64,000 nt of DNA from Hemiscyllium ocellatum (GCF_020745735.1 NC_083409.1:19488341-19552340), one strand, 5' to 3'. Positions 37,310 through 49,879 are shown, counted from the stretch's first letter. The notes: a model not told the origin generated them from the sequence alone. Translations and numbers: made by a program.

Positions 37310-39390
37310 CTTATAGTCATGGAGTCATACAGCGTGGAAACAGACCTTTCAGTCCAACTTGTCCGTGGTAACCAGATATCCTAAATGACCTCATCCTATT
37401 AACCAGCATTCGGCTTACATCCCTCAAAACCCTTCCTATCCGTGTACCCAACCCAATGTGTTTTAAATGCTGTAATTGTATCTGCCTCCAACACTTTCTC
37501 TGGCAACTCGATCCATACACATACCACCCTCTGTGTGACAAGTTACCGCTCAGATCCCTTTTGAATCTTTTGCCTCTCGCCTTAAACCTATGCCCTCTTG
37601 TTTTGGACTCCCTTTCCAAAGGAAAAGACCTTGGATATGCAACCTGTCCATGCCCCTCATGGTTTTATACACATCTATAAGGCCATCCCTCAGCCTTGAA
37701 TGCTGCAGGAAAAATAGCCACAGTTTCATCAGCCTTTCCCCGTAGCTCAAACCCTCAAATTCCAGGCCATGTCCTTGTAAATATTTCCTGCAGCTTTTTA
37801 AGTTTAACAACATCCTTCCTATCGCAGAATGATCAGAATTGTTCACATCATTCCCAAAGTGGCCTCACCAATCTCCTGTACAGCTGCACCATGATGTCCC
37901 AACTCCTGTACTCAATGCAGTGACCAATAAAGGCAAGCGTACCCAACACCTTCTTCATCACCCTGTCTACCTGTGACCCCACTTTCAAGGAATAATCCAC
38001 CTGCATCTTCACCCCTAGGTTTCTTTGTTCAGCAACACTCCACAGGGCCCTCCCATTAACTGTATAACTCCTGCCTTGGTTTGCCTTTCCAAAATGTAAC
38101 ATCTCGCATTTAACTAAACAGAACTCCATTTGCTACACCTCTGCCCATTGCCCCATCTGATCAAGATCCCGCTGTACCCTGAGATGAATTACTTCACTAT
38201 CCACTATCACGCCAATTTTGATGTCATCTACAAACTTACTGTAACTCCTATATTCACATCCAAATCATTTCTTTAAAAGACAAAAGCAGTGAACCCAGCA
38301 CCAATGCTTGTGGCACACAGCTATTCACAGATTTCCAGTCTGAAAAACAACCCTTTACCAACACTCTCTGTCTCCTATCTTCAATCCAATTTTTTTACCC
38401 CAATGGCTCACTCCCACTGGATCCCATGTGGTCTAACCTTGCGAACCAGTCTATCATGTGGAACTTTGTCAAACACTTTGCTAAAGTCCATATAGACAAT
38501 GTTTACTGCTCTGTCTTCATCAATCTTCTTTGTCACTTCCTCAATCAAATTCAGGAGACATGATTTTCTATGCATAAAACCACATTGATTATCCAAAGAA
38601 CGTAAATCCTAACCCACAGAATCCACTCCAACATCTTACCCAGCACTGACATCAGGCTCACTGGTTTATAGTTCCCTGGCTTTTCCTTACAGTCTTTCTC
38701 AAATAATGGCATAACATTATTCCCGCCTTAGGCAACCGACTGTGTGGAGTTTGCACATTCTCCCGGAGTCTGCTTGGGTTTCCTCCGGGTGCCCTGGTTT
38801 CCTCCCACAGTCAAAAAATGTGCAGGTTAGGTGAATTGGCCATGCTAAATTGCCCGTAGTGTTAGGTGCAGGGGTAAATGTAGGGGAATGGGTCTGGGAG
38901 GGTGTGCTTTGGGGGGTCGGTGTGGACTTGTTGGGCCAAAGGGCCTGTTTCCACACTGTAAGTAATCTAATCTAATCTAATCTAATCTAATTAGCCAACC
39001 TCTCTGGTTCTCTAGCACCTTACCCATGGTTGTCAGTAATACACATATCTCAGCAAGGGGCCCAGCAATCTCTTCCCTAGTTTCCCACACTGTTCTGGGA
39101 TACACATGATCAGGTCCTAGGGTTAATCTACCTTTATGTGTTTTAAGATCTTTTGCATCTCCTCATTTGTGTGTGGTCTCTTTTCAAGTCATCACTATTT
39201 TTACAAATTCCCTAGCTTTCTCCATAACAAATACTGACCTGAAATATTTGTTTGGGATCTCACCCACGTCTTGTGTCTTACCCAAATATAGCACTCACAT
39301 TTATCTGAATTAAACTCCATCTGCCATTCCTCAGCCCACTGGCCCAGTTGGTCAAGATTCCATTGTATTCTTAGACAGCCTTCTTCGCTG
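37310..39390 (-). mobile_element. CR1 ORF2/3' fragments in the J-C intron, with an HE1 SINE inserted at ~38720-38990 (plus)
   Basis: QCGFMHRKSCLLNLIE...VYMDFSKVFDKVPHDRL RT motif; CR1 3' tail at ~37310. Confidence 0.85.
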
Positions 39391-39397
39391 CCACTAA

Positions 39398-39706
39398 TTA
39401 GATTAGATTCTCTACAGTGTGGAAACAGGTCCTTCGGCCCAACAAGTCCACACCGATCCTCCGAAGAGTAACCCACCCGGACCTATTTCCCTCTCTGTAA
39501 ATCATCTAACACTATGGACAATTTAGCATGGACAATTCACCTGACCTGCACATCTTTGGACCATGGGAGGAAACCAGAGCACTCGGAGGAAACCCACGCA
39601 GACATAGGGAGAATGTGCAAACTCCACTCACCCAAGGCTGGAATTGAACCTGGGACCCTGGTACTGTGAGGCTGCAGTGCTAACCACTGAGCCACCGTGC
39701 TGCCCC
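39398..39706 (-). mobile_element. HE1-like SINE
   Basis: Head GGGGCAGCACGGTGGCTCAGTGGTTAG and (CTAAT)n tail. Confidence 0.88.
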
Positions 39707-40254
39707 ACCGGAACCATCACAAAGCCACCGATGCCTCCTGAAAATTCACCTGAACACACTCTCGCAACTCTGGCCCCTCTCTGCCCATTACACTGCTGCT
39801 ACCCCAAACTATATTCAGAAACTAAAGACCCCTATTCTCAACATTCTCATCAGGATTCTGAACTGAATCCTGGTTGGAGAGTGGGATGCACTCAGGGGAC
39901 TTTTGGACTGTCTGCTGCTTCCCCATTCCCTCTCTCCCTGCATATTCTGAAGCTGCAGAGTGACCACATCTAGAAACGTGCTCTCCACGGAGCTCTCAGC
40001 CTCACGGACGTTCCTCACTGACACCAACTGCTGCTCAAGCTCCGAAACCCGGAGTTCCAACTGCTGTCACTGACCTCACTTCTTGTACTCATGGTATTCC
40101 AGGACCGGGGAAACATTCTGAAGTTCCCACATGGATGCACACTCTTTCCACTCTTGGATTATCTCTTTGCAGAGTTCTGATGACAAACAGCTACAGCAGG
40201 GCTCACAGTCCAGTGGGTTCAGTGTTCCGGGGTTTTGGGGAAATTCTCCAGAAG

Positions 40255-40930
40255 ACTTTAAGTAATAGGCGCAGAAATCAGCCATTCAGCCTATGGAATC
40301 TGCTCTGCCATTTGACCTTGGCAGATATGCTTCTCACCCCCATTCTCCTGCCTACTCCACAGGAACATTCTATCCCCTTTACAAACATGAACCTATCTAT
40401 CTCTGTCTTTAATACACTCAGTGACTTGGCCTCCCTACCCTCTGTAACAATGAGTTCCACAGATTCACCACCCTCTGGCTGAAGAAATTCCTCCTCATTT
40501 CAGCTCGAAAGGGTCGGCCCTTCATTCTGAGGCTGTGCCTTGGTTACCTCGTCTCTCCTGTTTTTGGAAACATCTTCTCCACATCCACTCTATCCAGGCC
40601 TATCAGTATTCTGTAAATTTCAATAAGGTCCCTCCTCATGCTTCTAAACTCCATTGAGTACAGACCCAGAGTCCTCAACAATGCCTCATATGACAAACCC
40701 TTCATCCCCAGGATCATTCTTGTAAACCCCTCCAATGCCAGCACATTGTTTCTTACAATATGGATCCTAAATCTGCTCACAATATTCCAAATTCAGTCTG
40801 ACCAGAGCCTTACACAGCCTCAGCAGTACATCTCTGCCCTTGTATTCTGGCACTATTGAAATGAATGCAAACATTTCATTTTCCTTCCCAAGCACAAACT
40901 GCATCTGCCTGTTAACCTTAAGAGAAACCT
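40255..40930 (-). mobile_element. CR1 3' fragment
   Basis: GLSYEALLRTLGLYSMEFRSMRRDLIEIYRIL motif. Confidence 0.82.
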
Positions 40931-42838
40931 GAATAAGGTTTGTGCTTTAGATCTCCAAAGGCGTTCCTTATTTAGAAAATACCTCCACACCCTGACTCCA
41001 TTGGTGATGATCTTTCAGGAATCAATGTCCCCACAATCTCCTCGGTGATCTCCTTAAGAACACACTGGTGTAATTCATCCAGTCTGGGTGAGTTATCCAC
41101 ACTCAGACCTTCCAGCTTCCCCAGTACCTCCTCCTTAGTGATGGCCACTACACTCACCTCTGACCCCTGACAGTCTTGAAGTACTGGGACACTGCTGATG
41201 TTTTCCATTGTGCAGACTGATGTCATGTATGTATTCAATTCCTCGGCTTTTTCTTCATTTTCCTATTATTCTTTTTCCAATGTCTATTTCTGCCTCCCTC
41301 TTCCTTTTTATATATCTGATGAAACTCTTGCGATCTTCTTTTATATTACTGGTTCGCTTTCTCCCACATTTCACCTTCTGTCCCCTGAATGTTTTTTTTT
41401 AGTTATCCTCTACAAGTTTTTAAAAGACTTCCTAATCCTCTGGCTTCCCACTATTTTCCACCACATTGTATGCATTTTCCTTTTGTTTTTATGCTGTTCT
41501 TGACCTCCCTCATCAGCCATGGTTGCCTTGTCCACCCCTTAGTCTGTGCCTTCTTTTTCAGGATGAATTCCTGCTCTGCTTCCTGAATTACCCCCAGAAG
41601 CCCTGCTATTTGCTGCCCCACCATCTTACCTGCTCGGCTCCCTTTCCAATCAACTCTGGCCAGCTCCTTCCTCATGTCTTTGTCGTTCCCTTTACTCAAT
41701 TGAAATCTTGTTCCATCTGATTGCAGCTTCTCCCTCTCAAACTGCAGGGGGAATTCTATCGTATTATGGTCACTTATCCAGAGGGATACTTTCATTTTCA
41801 GCTCACTAACCAAGTTTGCCTCATTACCCATCACTGAATCCAAAACTGCCTGTTCCAAATGATCAACCACAAGCTGTTTCAAAAACCATCTCATAGACAT
41901 TCCATGAAATCCTTTTGTTGAGATGCTCTACCCAGTCCACCTATCCATTGAAGTCTGCATAACATTTTGTATTTGGCTTTTCTGTCTCCAGTTCCAAACT
42001 TCCAGCTCAGCACTGTCTCCATAACTTGTCCTACCTGCCTATCTTCTTTTGCACCTATCCACTCCACCCTCCCACCCCCTATTGTACTTAACTATTGTCC
42101 TCTATGCTACTTTGTCCGCAGCCCCACCCTCCTCTCATTTTTCTCTCCACCCTTCAGGCTGTCTGCCTTTATTCCTGATGAAGGGCTTTTACCTGAAATG
42201 TTGATTTTCCTGCTCCTCGGATGCTACCTCAACTGCTGTACCAATCCAGCACCACTCTAATCTAGAATCTGGTTTCCAGCATCTGCAGTCATTGTTTTTA
42301 CCCTTTTCTGTCTCCTGATTGATTTTCTTCCCCACACCCTGGTTACTGCTTGGAGACCTGAACATAACTTACATCAGATTCTTTATTTCTTGGGTTCCTC
42401 AACTCTGCCCACACAGATTCTACACCTTCTGACTGTATCATTTCTTGCTATTGATTTAAAGTCATTTCTTACTAACAAGCCAACTCTTCCCCCCTGCCCA
42501 TCTCCCTGTCCTTTTGATGGAAATGTATCCTTGGATATTTAGTTCCCAGCCCGGATCCCCTTACAGCCATGTCTCTGTGATACCCACAACATCGTACCTG
42601 CCAGTTTCAATCTGCACTACAAGCTCATTGTGTATATTGTGTGCATTTAAGTACAACACCCTCAGTCCTGCATTGACTGCCCTCCTTCCCATCATTGTCC
42701 TCTTATCTGCTGTGCTTTACGTTCGATACCTGATCCTTTCCACACTCTCTGTCCTTTTACATCTTCTAGAATCTTGAATAATCTCTCCAGAGCCCTCCTC
42801 CACTTTAACTAGTTTAAATTCCTTGGAAACTCAATTTA

Positions 42839-43003
42839 TAAGACCATAAGACATAGGAGTGGAAGTAAGGCCATTCGGCCCATCGAGTCCACTCCGCCAT
42901 TCACTCATGGCTGATGGGCATTTCAACTCCACTTACCAGCGTTCTCCCCGTAGCCCTTAATTCCTCGAGACAACAAGAATCTATCAATCTCGGCCTTGAA
43001 GAC
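42839..43003 (-). mobile_element. 165-bp 5'-truncated CR1 tail, copy-2-specific, 5-bp TSD ATTTA
   Basis: ATTTA at 42834-42838 and 43004-43008; empty site in copy 1 at ~2078-2082; same family as the 58122 element tail. Confidence 0.88.
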
Positions 43004-44591
43004 ATTTACCTGGATTTGTGACATCATTTTTCTCCCTTACTCGAAATGTTTCGTGCATTTAGACACAAAGTCTTTAAGTTTGATCTATTATTGATTTCCC
43101 TGCACTTTTATGATCCCTTTGATATTCAAAACTCCTGTCCCTTCCTTTTATTTTCTGGTAACAATCAATCCCATCACTAACTACAATCCTACCTTCTCCT
43201 TTCCCTTCCGTTTTCTCAATTTCCATCCAACTGAACCAAATTACTTTCTCTTTGGGTTGAGTTCAGGACAATATTTATCCTTGAACCAAAATCATGAAGA
43301 ATGCTCTTTGATCTCATTGCTTCCAGTGGGATCTTGCTGTGTAGAAATTGTCTGCCCATTCCTGAAATTGCAAAATTGACTGGTTTTCAAACAAAATGTA
43401 AATGTTTTGGGAGAGCCTGAGGTGCTGAGGGCTTGACTGAAACACAATTAGAGTCACAATTAGAAACAGACTCTTTGATCTGACTCATCCATGCCAGCCA
43501 CAGAGACATAGAGTCATAGAGTCAGAGAGATGTACTGCACAGAAACAGACCCTTCTGTCCAACTCATCTATGCCGACCAGATAAACTAAATTAATCTAGT
43601 CCCATTTGTCAGCATTTGGCCCATATCCTTCACTCTGAGCAAAATATCTTCTTGTTTCATTTGATCAATGCCCCTCATGATGTTAGAAACCTCGATATGG
43701 TCATCCCTCAGCCTCCAGCGATCCAGGGAAAATAGCCTCAGCCTATTCAGCCTCTCCTGATCGCACAAACCCTCCAACTTGGCAACATCCTTGGAAATCT
43801 TTTCTGAACCATTTTAATGTTCCCAACAATGTTCCTAAAGCAGGAAGGCCAGAATTCCACACAGTATTCCAAAAGGGGCCAAACTGATGTCCTGTACAGG
43901 TGCAACAGCTCCCAACTCCAATACTCAATGCATTGCCCAATAAAGGAAAGCATGCCAAATGACTTCGTCACCCCCCTACCTACCTGCAACTCCACTTTCA
44001 AGGAACTAATCTTTTTTGGGATGAATTGGGAGTCTTTCAGTTGTACTTTTCCTAAGCACCCTGTTCAGAAACAAACTTCTTGCTTTCACTCGCAACTAAA
44101 AATCAGATAAAGGAGGTGATGATTTAATGGTACTATTGCTGAGCTGTTCATCCAGAGATCCAGATTAATGTTCTGGGGGCCAGGGTTAGAATCCTGCCGC
44201 AGCAGATGGTGGAATGTGAATTCAATTTTTAAAATCTGCAATTAAGAGTCTAATGATGACCATGAAACAATTGTTGATTGTCAGGAAAAAAACATCTGAT
44301 TCCCTGATGTCCTTTAGGGAAGGAAACTGCCATCCTCACCATGTGACTCCAGACCCACAGCAATGTGGTTGACTCTAAATTGCCCTCTGGGTGATTAGGG
44401 ATGGGCAATGAATGCTGATCCTAGCAGTGACACTCACATCCCAAGAAGCAATTTGAACAATGCCTGTTCTTTACTGGGGTTTGTTAGGTATTGGCTACAA
44501 ATGTTCAAATGGATTGTCTTGCCAGTGAATGTTCAGAGAGTTAAAATCCCTTCGAATAACAGGGATTAAAATTGTTTCTCTTGTCTTTCAG

Positions 44592-44920
44592 GTGGTGACA
44601 ACTCTCAGCCCAAGCTGACCCTGCTGCCCCCCTCCCCGGAGCAGGTCAATGCCAAGGGCACTGCCACCCTGGTGTGCCTTGCCAATCACTTCTATCCCGA
44701 TGAGCTGGAGGTGCAGTGGAAGAAGGACGGTGCAGTCATTTCAGACGGGGTTCAGACCAGCAACTACCTGCGAGCTTCGGACAGCACCTACAGTGTCAGC
44801 AGCCTGCTGACCCTCTCTGGGTCTGACTGGGAGTCCGACGCTCGCTTCTCCTGTGCCCTCACCCACGTGACCCTCCCCTCTCCCCTCAGCAAGAGCATCA
44901 GGAGATCAGAATGTGTGTAG
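44592..44920 (+). CDS. IGKC: Ig kappa constant exon, cluster 2; intact
   Basis: Acceptor TCTTGTCTTTCAG| at 44591; with the J-terminal A it reads SGDNSQPKLTLLPPSPEQ...SECV*; identical to the Ck1 protein after the first three residues. Confidence 0.96.
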
Positions 44921-45672
44921 AGTATTGGAGACAGTCCACAGAGGAGACACAACTTTAAATAGAACAGGGCTGAGCTGGCAGGACAAAGGTCATTGTCAGC
45001 ACTGAATTTCAACTCTCTTCCTTCTCAGGACCGGCTCAGAGACATTTCTGAGGTTCAGGGGTTATGGCATGTCATTGGGACAGAGTAGACAGAGCTTTAC
45101 GCTGTGTCAAACCCCATGCTGTCCCTGTTCTGGGAGTGTTTGATGGGGACAGAGTTGACTTGAGATGCCAAGTAAAATCTCTTGAAGTTGCTAAAGAGCT
45201 GTACAAAGCAATGTGAACCTCAGAAGTCTCTGTTTCAGTAAACCAGATCTCCTTCCTGCTCAGTCGCCAGTTCCAATTTAAGGTTTTGTCACTGTTTGAA
45301 GGGACAGGGTTCTCGTGCTATTGAGAAAACCTCCACAAGTGTTTTCCTCAAGCTCCATTGTGGCTGTGAATTTGAGCAGCTTCCTCTGTCTGGGCTGTTA
45401 ATTGCTGACTGTTTTCTGTCAATGTCAATCTGGAAAAGGGAATAAAGATGAAGAAGATTCAGTCTCTGTGTCTGTGTGCTTTGGAGATTGACCACTCCAT
45501 TCAGCTGATTGGCTACATTTCAGCATGGCATTGTCACAATTGGCTATTCGCCTGTCAATCAATAACACATCCGTTGTAGAGGATACTGACAGCCAATCAT
45601 CAATCACTTTCAAATGATCCCTTTGATCTGGAATCATTGGAGGTTACAAGATTCCAAACAGATTTCCATTAA

Positions 45673-46885
45673 TGACCACCTGGACCATCTCTGACACCTC
45701 CCTCCCCTTCCTGGACCACTCCATCTCCATTAATGATGACCCACTTGACACTGACATTTTTTACAAATCTACCGACACCGAGGGTTCCACCTCTTCCCAA
45801 CCTACCTCCTGCAAAAATGCCATCCCGTATTCCCAATTCCTCCGCCTCCACCATATTTGCTCCCAGGAGGACCAGTTTCACCACAGAACCACACCACCAC
45901 ACCAGATGGCATCCTTCTTTAGTGACCACAATTTCCCTTCCCACGTGGTCAAAGATGCGCTCCAACGCATCTCGTCCACATCCGACCCCTCGGCCCTCAA
46001 GCCCCACCCCTCCAACTGTAACAAGGACAGAATCACCCTGGTGCTCACCTTCCACCCTACCAACCTTTGCATAAACCACATCATTCGACGACATTTCCGC
46101 CACCTCCAAACGGACTCCACCACCAGGGATATATTTCCCTCCCCACCCATTCCTGCTTTCCTCAAAGACCGTTTCCTCCATGACTACCTGGTCAGGTCCA
46201 CGTCCCCCAACAACCCACCCTCCCTTCCTGACACCCTCCCCTGCCACCGCAGGAATTGCAAAACCTCTGCCCACACCTCCTCCCTCACCTCCATCTAAGG
46301 CCCCAAAAGAGCCTTCCACACCCATCAAATTTTTATCAGCACATCCATCAATATCATTTATTGTATCCGTTGCACCCGAGGCAGTCTCCTCCATATTGGG
46401 GAGACTGGACACCTCCTTGCAGAGCGCTTTAGGGAACATCTCTGGGACAAGCACACCAATCAACCCCACTGCCCTGTGGCCCAAGATTTCACCTCCCCCT
46501 CCCACTCTGCCGAGGACATGCAAGTCCTAGGCCTCCTCCACCGCCGCTCCCTCAACACCCAACATCTAGAGGAAGAACACCTCATCTTCCGCCTCTGAAC
46601 ACTTCAATCCCATGGCATCAATGTGGATTTCACCAGCTTCCTCATTTCCCCTTCCCCCACCTCACCCCAGCTCCAATGTTCCAGCCTCAGCACCATCCTC
46701 ATGACCTGTCCTACCTGCTTATCTTCCTTTCCACCTATCCACTCCACCCTCCTCTCTGACCTATCACCTCCATCCCCACCCCATTCACCTATTGTACTCT
46801 ATGCTACTTTCTCCCCAACCCCCTCACATTTATCTCTCCACTCTGCAGGCACCCTACTTCTATTCCTGATGAAGGGATTTTGCCC
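45673..46885 (+). mobile_element. Penelope-like element (paralog of 5233-6540), truncated inside its pLTR
   Basis: ORF 45672-46298 (TWTISDTSLPFLDHSISI...KNAIPYSQFLRL) and downstream GIY-YIG text. Confidence 0.88.
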
Positions 46886-46984
46886 AAAACGTTGAAGTGC
46901 GGATGGTTGCGCAATATTCAGTACCATTCATAGACTCAGTATCTGAGGGGTTATGTTCAAAGGCAACAAGATCTGGACAATATG

Positions 46985-48465
46985 CAGGATGGAGTGGCAA
47001 GAGGCAAGTAAGTTTTGCACCAAAACTGCCAGTCAATGACCATCTCCAGTAGGAGGCCTGTGACCAGTGGTGTGCCACAAGGATCGGTGTTGGGTTCACT
47101 GCTTTTTGTCGTTCATATCAATGATCTGGATGTGAACATGGAACATAGTATGGTTAGTAAGTTTGCAGATGACACCAAAATTGGAGGTGTAGTGGACAGT
47201 GTTGCATCTTGTAAAGGCAAATCAGGGCAAGACGTATACATTCAATGGTAAAGGCCTGGGGAGTGTTGCTGAATAAAGAGACCTTGGAATGTATGTTCAT
47301 CATTCCTTGAAAGTGGAATCACAGATAGACAGGATTGTGAAGGCGGTGTTTGTTATGCTTGCATTTATTGGTCAAAGTATTGAGTTTAGGAGTTGAAACA
47401 TCATATTTGAGGCTGTACATGAACATGATTCGGCCTCTTTTAGAATACCGTGTGCAATTCTGGACTCCCTGCTTTCGTAAGGATTTTGTGAATCTTCAAA
47501 GGGTTATGCAAAGCTTTACAAGGATATTGCCAGGGTTGGGGGGTTTCTGCTATAGGAAGAGGGTGATTTGGTTGGGGCTATTTTCCCTGCAGCATCGGAG
47601 GCTGAGGGGCGACTGTAAAAAGATATTTATAAGGCATCTGGATGAGTATATGAATAGGAAGGTTTTTAGAGGAAAATGGGCCAAATGCTAGTGAGTGGGA
47701 CTAGATTTTATCTCAGATAACTGGTCAGTAAGGACAAGTTGAACCAAAGGGTCTGTTTCTGAGCTATACAACGCTATAACTCTCAGAATATTTAATCAAT
47801 GGCCCTTGGCATTCAATGGTGTTACCATCACTGAATCCTCCACTATGAACATCATGGGGATTAACATGGACCAGAACTCATCTGGACTGATTATTTAAAT
47901 ATTGTGGGCTACAAGGGCAGGTCAGAGGCTTGGAATACTGTTGTGTATAACTCACCTCCTGATTCCCCATAGCAAATCCACCGAGTACAAAGCACAAGTC
48001 AGGAGTCTGATGGAATAGGCCTCACTTGCCTGGATGAGTGCAGCTCCAGTAACACACTAAAAGCTCGACACCATCCAAGACAAAGGAGCCCACTTGATTG
48101 GCACCACATCCGCAAGCAGCCAGGCCCTCCACCACCCCCCACTCAGTAGCAGCAGTGTGTACAATCTACAAGATGCATCGTATAAATTCAAAGATCTTTA
48201 GCCAGATCCTCCCAAATCTATGACCATTTAGCTTTAGAAGGACAAGAACAGCAGATACACAGGACTGACACTTGCAAAAGCCCCTCCGAGCCACGCACCA
48301 TTCTGATTTAGAAAAATATCACTGATTCTTCAGGATTGCTGTATTACATCCCTGGAATGCCTTCCATAAGGGCATTGTGGGTCTACATACAACACATGGA
48401 CTGCATTGGTTACAAAAGATAGCTCACCAGGTTCTCAAAAGCAACTCGGATCAGTCAATAAATTT
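46985..48465 (+). mobile_element. CR1 RT fragment (~46985-47765) followed by an L2-type fragment (~47790-48465)
   Basis: [21 protein letters not shown]...[10 protein letters not shown] core; L2-like 3' region. Confidence 0.8.
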
Positions 48466-48940
48466 TGGCCAGCCGAGGAGTCATTTAAAAAATGTTTATT
48501 GAGGAGTTTAGAATTAAAATGGAGTTCCTTGGTGCTCAATGAGCTTTGAGTAATTTTTTTTTGTTCATTCATGGAATGTGGGTGTTTACATAAATGTGGG
48601 CTGTCATTTATTGCCCCTTCCTAATTGTCCTTGAGAACATGGTAGATGGAAGTGGGTACTGCAATTGCTGGAGATCAGAGTCAAGATTAGAGTGGTGCTG
48701 GCGTTGTACAGCAGGTCAGGCAGCATCCGAGGATGAAAGGCTTTTGCCCGAAACGTTGATTTTTCCTGCTCTTTAGATGCTGCCTGACCTGCTGTGCTAC
48801 ACCAGTACCACTCTCATCTTGACAAGATGGTGCTAATCTAGACCCACAATCTCATTAGAGAAGGACTTGCAAGAAGCAGTGGCAGAATTCCAAGTCAGGA
48901 TAGTGGCCACGGTTTACAAATTGAGTCACTCACTTGCACA

Positions 48941-49548
48941 GATAAAAAAATGAGGTCTGCAGATGCTGGAGATCACAGTTGAAAATGCGTTGCTGGTTAA
49001 AGCACAGCAGGTCAGACAGCATCCAAGGAATAGGAAATTCGACGTTTCGGGCATAAGCCCTTCATCAGGAATGAGGAGAGGGTGGCAGGCAGGTTAAGAT
49101 AAAAGGTACGGAGGAGGGACTTGGGGGAGGGGACCTGGGGGGTGCAGTGAGAGAGAGAGACTCACTGAAATCCTTGTAGAGGGAGGAAGAGAGCTTCTTC
49201 AAGGAAGGCATCCTTGCAAGAGGATTCGCAGAAGGTTAAAATCTTCGGGTAAAAAATGAGGTCTGCAGATGCTGGAGATCACAGTTGAAAATGCGTTATC
49301 TGCAGACCTCATTTTTTACCCGAAGATTTTAACCTTCTGCGAATCCTCTTGCAAGGATGCCTTCCTTGAAGAAGCTCTCTTCCTCCCTCTACAAGGATTT
49401 CAGTGAGTCTCTCTCTCACTGCACCCCCCAGGTCCCCTCCCCCAAGTCCCTCCTCCCTACCTTTTATCTTAACCTGCCTGCCACCCTCTCCTCATTCCTG
49501 ATGAAGGGCTTATGCCCGAAACGTCGAATTTCCTATTCCTTGGGTGCC
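48941..49548. mobile_element. Young Penelope-derived insertion: tandem pLTR repeat plus ~250-bp inversion, flanked by a perfect 15-bp TSD
   Basis: TCACTCACTTGCACA at 48926-48940 and 49549-49563; arms 49019-49270 and 49298-49547. Confidence 0.92.
49494..49529 (+). ncRNA. Minimal type-I hammerhead ribozyme motif in a Penelope pLTR (antisense twin at 49037-49072)
   Basis: ATTC-CTGATGA-A-GGGC-TTAT-GCCC-GAAA-CGTC-GAAT: helix I ATTC/GAAT, core CUGAUGA, helix II GGGC/GCCC, GAAA, palindromic ACGU and GUC triplet. Confidence 0.75.
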
Positions 49549-49741
49549 TCACTCACTTGCACAATCTACATATTTTAGCTCCAGGTAAAAACAAGGACTG
49601 CAGATGGTGGAAACCAGAGTCTAGGTTAGAGCGGTGCTGGAAAAGCACAGCAGGTCAGGTAGCATCCGAGGCTCCAACCAGCAGTGCATTTGCAACATTG
49701 TTCCTGACAAGTAGGACAAAAGGATAACATGGAAATATTAC

Positions 49742-49879
49742 CTTCACTTCATTTAAATTCCTCGTTCGTTTGAAGAAAGCAGAGCGAATTCGGCTTGGCT
49801 TCATCCATGGGGCTTGGCTGGCACTGGGGTCTTCAGAAAGCATCTCAGTGAGAATTTCTCTCATCACGTTAAATACAAG
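49742..49879 (-). pseudogene. CEP350: CEP350-like exon (near the C-terminus), open, phase 0-0
   Basis: TTCCAG|LVFNVMREILTEMLSEDPSASQAPWMKPSRIRSAFFKRTRNLNEVK|GTAATA, versus recalled human AVFDLTKEIFEEIFAEDPNLNQPVWMKPCRINSSYFRRVKNPNNLDEIK. Confidence 0.82.

Larger units (their letters stand above)
41067..46885 (+). repeat. Segmental duplication: paralog of window positions 1-~6420 (J-C intron 3' part, Ck, 3' flank)
   Basis: Colinear, roughly 90% identical by eye; 9 differences in the 108 nt after the C stop codons. Confidence 0.95.

Noticed and set aside
45669-46523. 284-aa minus ORF
   Set aside because: Antisense shadow of the C-rich Penelope ORF.
1-46885. Duplicated region as a false haplotype duplication
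   Set aside because: About 8% flank divergence and reciprocal TE insertions exceed plausible allelic difference; read depth should still be checked.
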